A stretch of DNA of 64,000 nucleotides from Mytilus californianus (taxonomy: Eukaryota), in contig NW_026262685.1 in the NCBI RefSeq assembly GCF_021869535.1, forward strand, positions 372,001 through 436,000. The letters are read 5' to 3'. Below the pieces are notes generated by a model that saw only the letters and a list, made by a program, of their open reading frames with translations, was not told where the DNA came from and did not search any database. The position numbers and the translations under genes are program-made. Positions 14,071 through 27,708 of the stretch are shown piece by piece (positions within the stretch are counted from its first letter, which is position 1; each line of letters starts with the position of its first letter).

Positions 14071-14232
14071 TAAGAATAAAACAACAAGAGAAGCAATTCA
14101 AAGAACCTCTTTATATGATAATGAAATCATGTTTTTCATGTTTATATATTAGTTGATATCTAGACATTTACATTTGCATGTACATGTAGTTTCATGTTCC
14201 CAAATTTGACCAATGCCTTTACGAAATATTTT

Positions 14233-14456
14233 GAGGGTCTGGATGGGGGTCTTTCATTTCTGTATTCTTAAATTTTTTTAGGACATTTTCTCTATTCATT
14301 ATATTTTTTGGCCTTTTTTCTCTATTCTTTATATTTTAGCACCTCATTATTATCTATTCTTCATTGTTTTGGCCTATTTTTCTCTATTCTTTTTTTTTCC
14401 ATCTTATTGTAGATTTGACCCATTATTCTATATTCTGTAAACCCCATCCAGACCCT
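14233..14456. mobile_element. MITE with AGGGTCTGGATGGGG TIRs and internal TTCTCTATTCTTT repeats
   Basis: TIRs at both ends. Flanks ATATTTT and ATATTAT resemble a TSD. Sister copies lie at 28272-28479 and 50827-51051. Confidence 0.75.
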
Positions 14457-14500
14457 ATATTATCTTATCTCATCGACATTTCGATCAATAAGTTACAGAT

Positions 14501-17025
14501 ATGACACCAAAAGTTAAGAACACTCATTTCCTATTATTGCTTCTTGTCAACTTTGTCTTTGGCGAAAATAGCTCTGATGGAATTTGGACAAAGGAACAAC
14601 TCCATTATCTAGAGAATCTCAAAAGAGAAATAGGTGAGTATACCAACTACATCACGTGACATTTCATTTATATATGAAAGAGTGAGATAAAGTGTACGAC
14701 AAAAAAGATGAATTATTCTGTCTACTCTTATTTTTATCAAGCAGCTCTTTTATTTGAAGAATATATATTTCAACGGATTCGATTTTCCAGAACTTTGTGT
14801 TAAATCTGCTGACAGTCGCCTCTCTTAAAGGAATTTCAGATCCTCATCCCGGTCCTATCTGAAAATTTTATTGAAACCAATAGATATACCTGCTTTGAAC
14901 TAGACCTGCACGCTCAGTCGGAGTTTTAACGTGCTAGTTCACCAGGTGACAGTCCACAGGAAGTCATGTCACCCTACTCGGACACACTATGCTGACTCCG
15001 AGCCGACCAGCTTCCATACTCCTCAATGCCGCGTGCTTAGCAGAGAAGCAGCAGTTACAAATTTTAAAGTCTTTTGTTTGACCCGGTTTCCCGCACTCGA
15101 GGCGATCAAGAAGATAAAATGTTATCGTTTAACTAATTTAAGAAAGTCAGCAAACCACTTGCACAGTAAGAATTGAAATATCATCGTATGTTTTTAACCC
15201 TGTTGATCGTTAGGAAAAGGAAAACAAATGACTTAGATTTTGATTTAAATGAATGCTCCTCAATAAATGAATTTTAAAAGAACTTTGTGTATTTTATGTT
15301 AACGCACAGAAAAAAGATTTAAATTGTTATGTTTACATTTAAAATATACCCAAAATACTACATGTTGTGCATCTTTTGTAGAATATCTGAAAGAGACATG
15401 TAAACAGCCACAAATTTTAACTAATGGTAAGTTGATATTTTATTCTTGGTTATAAACCCTGTGTATGTAAAACAATTTGTTCAAAGAAACAAGAAACATT
15501 CTTCAGCACAGGAGACATCGATTTATTGGAATAAACCAAAGAAAATCCAAAGCATTAACCTTAATGTTAGTATTATTTTGCAGTTTCCACATGCAAGTTA
15601 TGTGAGCCGTCCTCGCATGCAAAATATTCTGTTAAATGTCTTACTTATGAAAACCTGATTTTCGTGTATGAAAAAACTCTGAAGTGTCAGCATACTAGTT
15701 GCAGTAGACCTTGTCGTTACTTATAAGTTGAATTCAAAATATGGTGAATTTATCAATAATTCTTCAATAGTATCAGATTAAGACTTGAAGCACGCAATGA
15801 CCACTGGTAACGGTCCAGATATTTCTATATAAATACCTATGTACACATAGTCATAGATTTAGATGAAATTATTTTACACGATAGGAAACTCGTGTTCCTT
15901 TTAAATTATATATTTTACCAAACATAGAAATATCTGAAATGAAATATCCCAAGGAAGCTATTTAAACATATGCAGTGCACAGATTCGATGTTTATGCAAA
16001 CATTCATTGGGAAACATGGGAAACATGGGAAACGTAGAGGTTTGTAACGTGAAGTATGTAACCTCTGTCAAACGTGTTAATGAAATGCACATGTGCTTTA
16101 ATCTCCTCAAATTAAATACAGCGGTAATACTTTTGACAGTTAAAAGATATGGTTTCCCAATTTCCATTCTCAATTTTGTTAAAATACGAGTAGCTTTAAT
16201 TACAGGTGATTAAAATCGAACAATTATTATGTTATAAAATATCTCTGAATTATTCTGACCGAGAAATTAAGGGGCGGAATCCGTTATTCATATACGATAA
16301 TCAACAAATTTCCTATGATCTGGGTACAAAACTAAGTATTATGAAGATTAAACGAAATTACCATTACCTTTTCGTAACATGAGGTGACCTTCTATCAGTC
16401 CGATTCAAAAAATATTCATGGTCCATATTGAAATCAATATGCAACAGAGCTCAAACTGTAAAGTACGTGTGTTGAAAATGGATATGTTTAAGATGCAGTC
16501 TTTAATTACAATACAGAGATATTATATCAGAGTTGATAGAATTTAAAACACAATATCATACTAGTATTTAATTTGACAGGTCAGAAAAGTGAGGAAGTAC
16601 CTCTACCGATAGATGTTCCGACCATAAATGAAATACAGCCTATAGCGTTCTATGCTCAACTCTCACAGACGTTGACTATCGGAGACTTACAATCAGTTGA
16701 GTACGATGTCGTAAGGGTAAACGTTGGCAACGGCTATGATAAAAGACATGGTCATTTCACAGCTCCCGTCACAGGACTCTTCTATTTCTCGTTTACTGTC
16801 ATGTCGTTTCCTGATCATAGCGTCCACATGGAAATTGTAAAAAATGGAGCGGTCATCGGAAATTGCTTTGCTGACAGTCATGGGTATGAAAGTGGTACCT
16901 CAACAGTGATCACCCAATTAGACAAGGGTGATATGGTGTGGATACGACACATCAAAGCAGAAGGTTCACAACCATTGCATCCTATGTACAACGCATTTAC
17001 TGGTTTTCTCATTGCCAGGACATAA
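14501..17025 (+). CDS. Secreted C1q domain-containing protein (207 aa, 3 coding exons)
   Basis: Exon 1 14501-14633 (MTPKVKNTHFLLLLLVNFVFG signal-like peptide, donor G|GTGAGT). Exon 2 15382-15426 (YLKETCKQPQILTN, TTTTGTAG and GTAAGT). Exon 3 16580-17025 encodes a gC1q domain (IAFYAQL, YDVVRVNVGNGYD, GHFTAPVTGLFYFSF, QLDKGDMVWI, YNAFTGFLI). All introns are phase 1. Confidence 0.9.
14901..15110 (-). mobile_element. Decayed tRNA-headed SINE (Meta-domain-like) in C1q intron 1
   Basis: Minus strand CCTCGAGTGCGG..GGGTCAAACAAAAGAC..TGCTTCTCTGCTAAGCACGCGGCATTGAGGAGT..GGCTCGGAGTCAGCATAGTGTGTCCGAGT. It resembles bivalve Meta-SINEs as I recall them; no database check was possible. Confidence 0.55.
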
Positions 17026-17866
17026 TGAAATTTTATTAAATCATTTTGAAACAAATAAACCATATTCAATTTCAATTTCTTTCGAATTAACTTCGAAAAA
17101 GTAAAGCAGATAACTATAATATGTGAAAAATTTGGAAAATATCCGAAGTGACAGGAAATAGGTTGTACACGATAAATGCAATAAAGGAAGTCGTTTGTCA
17201 ATGTCATAGATATATACAGACAAGTCACTCATTATCAATTCAGAACTGTAATCTACCTTTAGAAATTGAATCAAAAAGAGAGGCGAAAGATACCAAAGGG
17301 ACATTTAAACTCATAAGACGAAAATAAACTGACAACTCCAGGGCAAAAAAAGAAAAGGATTAAAAGACAAACAACTGCTTAAAAACATAGAAAACTGAAG
17401 ACTGATCAACACGAACACTTATAAATTTATCAATTCTCTTTTATATTTTACTGGATATTAATCATTACATTCAATCCTTGGTACTATCAAGACTGATACT
17501 CCAGGCTTCTCTGATAAGAAGAGCATTGAGGGGTAAAAATAACTTATTCTAGACTGGTCTCAAGTCAAAATACCGCTTACGAGTACCGAAAGGAATATTT
17601 CTTTTTATTTTAACCTTACGAGTTAGATATCAAATTTTGACTAAGCGTATCGCAAAACAGAGTGTTTTGTCAAAAAAAAAAGACCGAAAATCATCAAAAT
17701 AACAAATTTGCAACCTTATCATTTATTCTACATATTTTAATTAATAATAAAACAATAAATATATTACATGATAAACCATTCAAAAATCGAAATAAAAATA
17801 AACAGCATTAAGTTTGAAATAAAATCACAACTTTAGGAATTGAGACAAATTAATAAAATAAATATC

Positions 17867-20800
17867 CTAATCCACTTTAATCTCAGTTTCATCGATTTCA
17901 AGTCTATTATAACGTTCCTTAAGGAACGCAAGGACTGGTATACAAGATGCAATAGCTCCTATCAGACACCAATTTTCCCATGATGAACCTAAAGTTAAAA
18001 AGAAGTTTCATTGTAAATATAATACTCATATTTGCAAAACACAAATACGTAAATTGATTTAAAGGAACTAAATGTGATGTAAGCCATCGCTGAAAACGTC
18101 AAGTCATGTGACGAAATTAACCAGGATTATTTTAAGTCTGATTTGAGACATTTGTGACCTTTAACAAAAACAATATTATCAATATGATTGTAATTACTGA
18201 TTAACAAACTGCTTTCATGTATATTAAATCTACTGGGTTTCCTCTAGTCTTCACAAATTTATTCTTAGTGATGGTTTTAATGGTTGTCCTGGAATGTTTT
18301 ATACTTCTATTTGTCTATTTAAGAAGTTAACATTGAAATTCAATGAGTCATACTTTTCCTTGATCAATATATAAATGGCTTACCAATATTAGGAACCATA
18401 AGTACTATAAGGAACACTAGACCACCAATGTTGTTAAGTAACGTTAGTACTAAGTTTGTGACTCCTTCTGCCACAGGGTAACTCGCTTCACAAGCCATCT
18501 CAAAGTATAATGGAGAGGTGGAACCAAGCATCATACAGAATATTATTATGGAGGCATAAAGTTGAACTGAAATTGGAAATTGAATATTTTAAAAAATTAA
18601 GAATAATTTTAATAAAACGTTGTTTTTTTTAGATTTTAAGTTTCACGCTTCACTGACCTCCTGACATATAGTTGTATTCATGGCGTAGATACTACAAACG
18701 GTTCTGGCGACTGTGCAATCCTAAACTGATAGAACCTCTTAACATTCCATATTGTTACAATATTATTTTTTTTCATTTCATCACCACGTCACTAGTGTCA
18801 ATTCAACTTTTGGACTTCCAAATTTTTTTATTCGAGCGTCACCGATAAGTCTTGAGCAGACATGCTGAATGAATGTCAATCAAACTGCCACCAACAAAAA
18901 CAGATATTTCACGCAGTCGTCTATATATGGTTTTCAACAACATTATGTGTATAAATAATATTAATTATTTCAGTGAATTTATAAAATCTCTAATCAGTTC
19001 AGTGATTATAAAAAAACCCTGAAATTTCAAGGATTTCACAAAATCCCTGATTTTACAAATTCACTGTAACATATTTACCACATGTCCAGATCTATATCAC
19101 CCTTAATCAATGTTGACTCTACATCAGATTTTGCATAAGAATTCCGGATAAATACAACAAGTTAATTTTCTGTATCTTAATATTGTTTTAATGTACTCTC
19201 ACTTTAGTTATCTTTTGCCATTGCTAAAAAGCAGTGATTCCATCGCAGACAAATGAGTAAGTATGTTAAAGGCCTTCGTATTATTTCTTACTGAATTAAA
19301 CAGTTTGTAATCATGGTGAATTTTAGTATTCATTGTTTGACATACAATAATTTTTGAAACTGGTTACTTATTATACTTGTTACAGGTATTGTAAGCTATT
19401 AAAAAACAAATTTTTATGGTTTTTTTTGAAATTTTAGTTTATAAACATTTTTGCAAAAATATGCAAATCAGCTGATTACTTTAAGTAAAATAAATACCAC
19501 AAACTCTCTCGACTTCTTACAACAAAGATTATTAAAATGTATTGTTAACTAAGAACGTATAATTTGCAATTTTCTTATTTAAATAAACGTTTAAGGTTTC
19601 TTTAAAAAAGTACTTACTTTGAGAATTAGGAATGGTTCCCTGTATAAGAAATGTAAACCATACTAAAGACCCAGCAGCACCAACATATAGAAACAGTAAA
19701 AACAATCTCATGTGTTTTGAAAATACATCAGCAAATCTGTTCAAAGATGAAACACGAATATAGAAAAAACAGTCGTTCTGTTACTAGACAAATTAAGTAA
19801 TATCTTGTCAAATATAAAGTGAACAAAACAAATGTGTTGACACCCTGTCTGATTCGATCAAATCGCCTTTCACAACAAAATGGCTAATGATTGATGCTTG
19901 ATAATCGTTGAAAATCACGTGTATTCTATTTGAAATACGCAAATTTTCATGAAACTTTCTTTTTTTCAATTTCCTATAGACATCACGTGGGACAAGTGTT
20001 TCTTTGAATAGTTGGAATTTTATTGGAAGCCAATCATTCCTTGTTTATTTGTATTAATATGAGTTTCGATTTTGCATAGTAACTAGTAAAAGAATGAATT
20101 TATAACTAATTACTGTGATCTTATCTATAACTAAAATTTACATCCCACATTTTCCGTTTGAATTCAATTGATATATTCTTCCAAGTATACAAAAGGAACC
20201 AATAAACTGTTCCTTCATACATGATACTGAAATAATAGAATCTGACGACATATTTGTATGCATATCAAAGTTCAATTACTAATAAGTAATGAATTTACCA
20301 ACTGTATTATTGTATTTGACATGCATTTCTAAACTCATGTAACATGCAAAGCATACAGCTCATTCTGAGATCAATCAACACGTTTTCTGAATAATATAAT
20401 GTAAACTATCAGTCGTCGGTTACAGTATGAACCTTTTTGCCGAATGAGCACTCGAATTAATGACTTATAGTATTATTATAAACCTCACAATACAGTATGC
20501 AGAGGAGCTGATATTTTGGAACATTTTCGTACAAACACAAGCGATTGAACAATTATATTTTTTCTATTTACAATTATCTATTTTTGAATAAGGAATTCAG
20601 TAATTGATCCAGGAAATCAGTATTGAACCTACCTTGCGATAGCTAACGTTACAATGCATCCTGCTAATAAAGAATAAAATCCTAACCAACCAGCTTGTTC
20701 CTGCAACAAAATAAGTTTGATTTCGCTTTCCAGTGAATAAAAAGCACTTGGAGTGTCCAACTAATTAAATTAATTCTTTAAGTCTCAACAGTGCCTAACT

Positions 20801-23800
20801 CCACCATCTATTATATGATGATTTATTTAAATAATGAGTAAATGCCACCTTTAACGTTAGAAGGCTTTAAAGTTACTTGTATTTGTATGAATTTGTTATA
20901 CATTTGTAGTTGATTGCATATTATTCATTTCTATTTCTTTTTATTGTTTTTACTCATCCATTTGATTATGAATACTACTATTGATATAATGATTTGTAAT
21001 GTGTAAACCAATAATTATTATGAGATACCTAAACATTAAAATTTATCATTTAATTAGTTTTATTAGTCTGAGAACAACTTACCTCTGATATATTATGAGG
21101 TTTGAGGATTACATCTAGAACACTTTGCCAACAACCATAGACACCTAACGACACTCCGTATGTCAGTCCTATCAACCAAAACTTGCCATTTCTACACAGT
21201 GAAATAGTTAGGTTTGTACATGAGTGCATGTTTACTGTGACAATCAATACACAAATAAAATATTTATTTATAAAGTTGTTGAGAACAAAAATCGGAAACT
21301 TTTTGAATTAATTAATAGATTCTACATTTCACCTTATTGGATTGGATGAAAATTTTATACGTAAATTCACTGAAATCTTTGAGAAAAAATTAACCATTTC
21401 TTTAAGTTTGCAAACCATAAATTAATTCCCGATGCGTTTTCCATCTTACCTGAATAATTGTTTGATTCCACTTTTAAAGTCTACTCTTTCAGCTGAAGCT
21501 GATAAAGAGGGCGGAAGTTTTGGTTTGTTGGGAAAGTATACCAACACTAACAGAAAGACTAATACTGCTAAACCACATTCTGTGAAAAAATATATAAAGT
21601 AAATTAGAGGCAACAGTATTGTACCGTTAGTAACATCTAATATATCCATTTAGAAGATATAAATCAAGGTAAACCAAAAGGTGACGGAATCGCATGAACT
21701 CAAAAAGGAGCGACGCTGCGTGCGTGGCCAGGATGAAGCGTCTCCTGCTATGCATGCATCTCCCGCCTCTTTATGGAGCTATTGACTATTGAACAGCGGT
21801 ATACTACTGTTGCCTTTATTTCTTATCATATCTTTTAAACACGAGATGTTGATATGCGATGTCTTTATATAATTTTATTCATAAAAATAAGAGTTTAAAA
21901 TGAAATTTTTGCATGGTTCTTCCGCAACTACAATTCCATTAGCCAATACTACTAAAGCTATTCTTTGAATCCTATGTTATTATAAAGCGAGTCACTGGTG
22001 TTGACCTTCGTTGGGTAAAACACAACAGAAATGCAAAAAAATCAAATTTCAATAAATTGCACTTCTCTGAATCGTTTTCACTGGAATACAGATGAAACAA
22101 AAAGATTAGTTCCTAACTTGTTATGTTATACTATATCTTACTTACTCAGTGGCTTCAATCAAAACATGTGGAGTTCCAAAACATAACGGAAATAAGAAAC
22201 TACAAACACTTTGGTCACTCTGTATCATATTCAAATAACAAACTGTATTACTGTTCAAGAGATAATATTTTTATCATGTCAAAAGATACGTATTTTCTTA
22301 ACATGTTCCTGTCTTAAGATAGTTCCGTGTCAATACTTACCCCAATACATAAGTTTCATAATTTCCGCTCTCTCTTTATGAATTCTTGTTTCTATATAAA
22401 TAAATTAATTCGAATTGAACATAAATGCAGCAAAACACCAACGACATAAACAAAGCAACATATTTCTAAAACTGCATTTTATAAAATATATATTATAACT
22501 GCTTAGCTTTATAATCGCCACTATTGCTGAACATTTTCCGGTACTATTATTTTCACAAATTTGAATTGATTTCCACGTGATGTGGTACTTTATCAGCACT
22601 GGCTTTCAAATATTTGACTTTTAAAGTTCCTGGTGAACATTAGTACCGAAAAGCACTTCGGTTCATGAAAAAATGAAGTATTATTTTCACTTTTTATAGC
22701 ACTGGGTTGAGACAGCTGTTAGTGGACTATTTGTTTCTTGAATTTTCTGTTTATAAATTTTGAAATTATTGAGAAACTAAGGTTCCAACTGATGCAAAGT
22801 TTATCTTAGAGGGATTTTGTTATTATTTTACCGTTTTCTTTTGTCATATAGCTCTTCACGTGTTTGGGTACCTATTAATTCCTGGGTTTTCAAATATTTG
22901 GCTATGAGTGTTCCTGATGAAGGTAAATCCAGGTTAGACAGTTGCTTTTCATTTGTTCCGTTAGTTGATATAGTCGAGACTGAGTGTTTGATTTTATCAG
23001 GTTTAATGGAAAGTCCCTTTTTAAATTTACCTAGGAGTTTGATATTTTTGTAAATATATTTTTTTTTCAGACGCATAACATTTATTAAAAGTATTAATTT
23101 TATTTTTTCAGAGAATCACAATATTATCTTTTCCATTTAGTTCCCTCATCGGTTTGTTATTTTTTTTGTTGAATGGAAATTTGGCAAGTCACTGAATTGT
23201 GTGAACATATAAAGCATGTTTTAATTCCTTAAAATGAATCGCTTTTGATTAAATGTACCAAATGGACCAGCGTCTCCTCAGAGATCTCAGAGGTAAAAAA
23301 AGGAAACAAAATTATAGCATTTCAGCAAATATCATGCCAAGGAATGTCATTTAGAGCAAACTTACCGGAGGTCTTGAAAAATAACAAGGATATTTGTTCA
23401 GAACGAAGAAAACGCGTTTAAATGTAAAAAATTACACCAACTATCGACTTCACGTGCAATTAAAATATCTACTAAATTTCATGTATCACATATAAATTGA
23501 TACAAAATGTTTCATACCAATAAGAAAATAAATCTCTTGGTAGGACAGTGATAGTAGTATTTGTTTATTAAAGAAACTAATTAGAGGCAGTATCCCCATT
23601 TCAAAAATTATGTTACACCGAATGTAACTTGACACGCATTAAACACGTTTAGGAAATGTGAAAGATATTATCTTTCGATTTTTTAATTTTTTTTCGATTA
23701 ACATCTATGATTCCCAATTATGTTACCTGGGTTGTACCCCATGTTTTATTTCATACCTACCGTTGAACTGACTAATGTTGTACCATATACTTTGGTTATC

Positions 23801-26800
23801 AGCAGTACTATAATGGAAGAAACGATTATAGCTATTAACAAAGACAGATAATAGTGTATTGAGATACATCAATGTGCCAAAGCAAGTTCACTTCAGTACT
23901 AACCGATATATTATACTGTAAGCCAACCCACTGAAAAGTTGACTATAGAACACAAAGCACTGTATGTAAATGTATTTAAGTGTATATAATAAAATGAAAA
24001 TATATTAAATAAAATAAAGTTATAAATCAATCAACCAAAAAGAATATTTACAACCAACAAAAAACAATATTCCATTTCTTTGCATCAATAAAAGAACACT
24101 ACTGTCAAAGATAGGTGCGAGTCGAAAATGTTTCCACCTAAAACAATTACTTGTGAAAAATCTATTCTGCACATGGTGTTTAACAGTGACTGTGTCTTCT
24201 TGATAAACATTTATTGTGATGATGAATTTGGACTATCTCTTTAGAAAATATGTCCAATGCAAATAAATAAATTACTGCATTTACCGAATAGGCGATTTAA
24301 GTTACAGTTTTTAAATTGTATGATTTTCCAATTTTTCACTAATTTCCATTCCTCAAAGTTTTGACATTTTGACCGAATATAGATTCTTACAACGAGCATT
24401 TATTGCAGGAGAAAAATGGCTACCCTGTCGAGGCTTTCTCTTTATGCCATGCAATTCCCTAAAATTTTACCCCAATGTTTATATAATAAAAACGGATTGA
24501 CGAGGTTGGAACATCAGTAAACTACCGTTGCCACTATTTAGTTGCTAAAAGGGATGCTAGCTTTACAAGCGACTTAACTTAGACCTTTTACTATTAGTGT
24601 TGTTGTGCTCTTTGTAACTTGTAACCGGTAGATAAATTGAAACAAAAATGAAACAGTCATACCCTTATTCAAAATTTCTGTAAAGGGAAAAAACAATACG
24701 GATTTAATAACCTTTTGTCTGCAAATTGTTTTTTATTAAGGATATTTTTCTTTTCAATTTCACACTTTCGAAAATTTGTTGTGTGTACATGGAGCACATG
24801 TGCCATACAAAATGGCGAAACAAAATCTTAATAACTTGATTAAATAATAAATATGGTAGTGAAGTGTAGGAGTATAATTAAGTAATCAATATCCAAACTC
24901 TTTTTTTTATATTTTTAAAGAGAATTTGAAAAGTTAGAATGAGAACTAAAAATTACAAGGTGTATTTTGAATTAGGAGGAGTCCCACTGCATTTACAAAG
25001 GTATTGTAAAATGATCCTTGATGGATTTGGCTATTCTGTTTAGGTCCTTTTTGGTCATAAAGCTCCCAAAGTTTCAGCGTATTAACGCATTCCTGGCTTT
25101 TAAATGTTTAAGTTTGAGCGTTCTTGGTGAAGGTATAAATCCAGAAAACCGCTTAATTCGGACGCACAAAATTAATCAAGTGATTATTTTATTTATCTCT
25201 GTAGACCTGTTAATTTTATATATCAACATTTAATAAGAAAAGAACGTTTACATGCAAATGACTTTTATAGCTTGTTCATAGGTTGTGCTGGTTCACTACT
25301 GTACCAGGTTTGGGGAGGGTTGGGCGCCCGCAAAAATGTTTAACCCCGCCACATTCTGTATGTCCCTGTCCAAAGTCAGGAGCCTGTAATTTAGTGGTTG
25401 TCGTTTGTTGCTGTATATCATATTTGTTTTTCATTTATTTATTTGTACATAAATCAGGACGTTAGTTTTCTCTTTTGAATTGTTTTTATAGCTGATTATG
25501 CGGTAAGAGTTTTGCTCATTGTTGAAGGCCGTATGGTGACCTATAGTTGTTAACTTCTATGTCGTTTGGTCTCTGGTGGAGTGTTGTCTCATTGGCAATT
25601 ATACCACATCTTCTTATTTTTATATATAACTTGATTGTGACATCACAGAACGAGATATCACCGAATTTGTACTTATCATGATCAAGACAGCATGTGTCAC
25701 ATGTGGAGCAGGATTTGCTTCATCTTCCGGGAGCACATGACATTAACTTTCGGGTGTTTTTGAAGTTGCTCAGACTTTGGTATATAGTGTTTTGTAGACT
25801 GTTGTTTGTCTTTTTGTCGGGGTTTTTTTTGTGTTTTTCTTTTGCCATTGTGTTGTCCATTTCTCTTTTACATGAGTTTTAAATCCCCTTGATATTTTTC
25901 GCCTCTTTTTTTAAATTGAAACTGGAAGTCATTTAAATATAACAGAAAAACCTAAATATTTTATATACAACTGTTTTAAATGATATAAAAGTACTTTAAT
26001 ATTGGAAACTATTTATACATTGTTGAAAGAATTTGTAACTCTAAATTGTGAAAACCATGCTCCAAAATTGTATGAATGATATTAGTTACTGTCATGCTAC
26101 AAAATTGTATGAATTATATTAGTTAATACCATGCTCCAATTGTATTAAGTTGTATTAATTAATATCATGCTCCAAAATTGTATTAAATGTTTTAATTAAT
26201 ATCATGATCCAAGATTGTGTTAAATTGTATAAATTGTATTAATGAATTACTAAATTGTATTACAATATATACTGTTCTGTTAGCTATAAGCTGTATTGCT
26301 TTTGAAATAAAGAATATAATATATATATAAACCCCTGTTTTGAAATAAAGATTTTACTGTAATATGGTAAAAAGATGACAGCACCAAACAAAAAATGTCA
26401 TGATCTGACCTTGACCAGCAACTTGTTAAATCATAAACATGTTTAGAAACATTTCAAGCATATTTGATTTGATGAGTAATTAAATACTTTAAATTCAAAA
26501 CAATTACTATAATTGCATAAACAATACTACATAGAAAGAAAGCTGTACTGGATTAAAAAGTCAAACTACAACTCACAAATTGAAACAGCACTGAATACTA
26601 CAGATAGAAAGGATACAAACCTAAATATGGCTGAACACAAAAACAGTGAACTTAACAAGTCGAACAAGTTTGAATACCAAAGATAGCAGGTTACAAATTT
26701 GAAAGAATACTTAAGATGAGTAAGTAGAAAAAGCGAACAAATTTTATACAAGTATATTCTAAATGTGTTCGTCTTTAATCTTAACTTGAATACATACCTG

Positions 26801-27654
26801 GTATTATAGGTTGTTGTATTGCTTTTATCAGGTTTGTCAGGAACAAAATAGGGACCTGTAAGTAAGATACTTCATTAAAGAACCTTGGTGAGTGCGCTCA
26901 CATACCCCACGTCCCCACATTGTCATTGGAGAAATAAAATAAGTGAAAGAAAAAAAAATTGTATCAGAAAAAAAAATTGAATCATAATTTCCTGTCAATA
27001 TGCACATCTACATAGTATGTCCTTATTATCTACACAGTTTCATGAAATTCTGTTGTGTGGTTTGAGAGGAGTTGCGATGACAAAAGGTTGCAGTAGTATA
27101 TTGGGCAAATAAGTTCAAAGGGGCGTAACTCCTGGAAAAAAAATTGAATCGTAATTTCCTGTCGATATGCACATCTACGTAGTATGTCCTTATTATCTGA
27201 AAAGGTTTCATGAAATTCTGTTGTGTGGTTTGAGAGGAGTTGCGATGACAAAAGGTTGCAGTAGTATATTGGGCAAATAAGTTCAAAGGGGCGTAACTCC
27301 TGGAAAAAAAATTGAATCGTAATTTCCTGTCGATATGCACATCTACGTAGTATGTCCTTATTATTTGAAAAGGTTTCATGAAATTCTACTGTGTGGTTTG
27401 AGAGGAGTTGCGATGACAAAAAGTTGCAGTAGTATATTGGGCAAATAAGTTCAAAGGGGCGTAACTCCTGGAAAAAAAATTGAATCGTAATTTCCTGTCG
27501 ATATGCACATCTACGTTGTATGTCCTTATTATCTGAAAAGGTTTAATGAAATTCTGTTGTGTGGTTTGAGAGGAGTTGCGATGACAAGAAATAGGACTGA
27601 CGGACTGACGGACGGACAGACAGACGGACGGACAGACGGACAGATTGACGGACG

Positions 27655-27708
<54 letters not shown>

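Noticed and set aside
13651-14073. 140-aa ORF as a gene
   Set aside because: It coincides with a SINE-like repeat, has a TTG start and shows no recognisable domain.
24060-24330. Possible LINE 3'-end remnant (also about 20040-20330 and 26560-26700)
   Set aside because: The resemblance is too weak to call without a database search.
27026-27419. 117- and 129-aa ORFs with 56-aa periodicity
   Set aside because: These are translations of the 168-bp satellite inside a HINE-like element.
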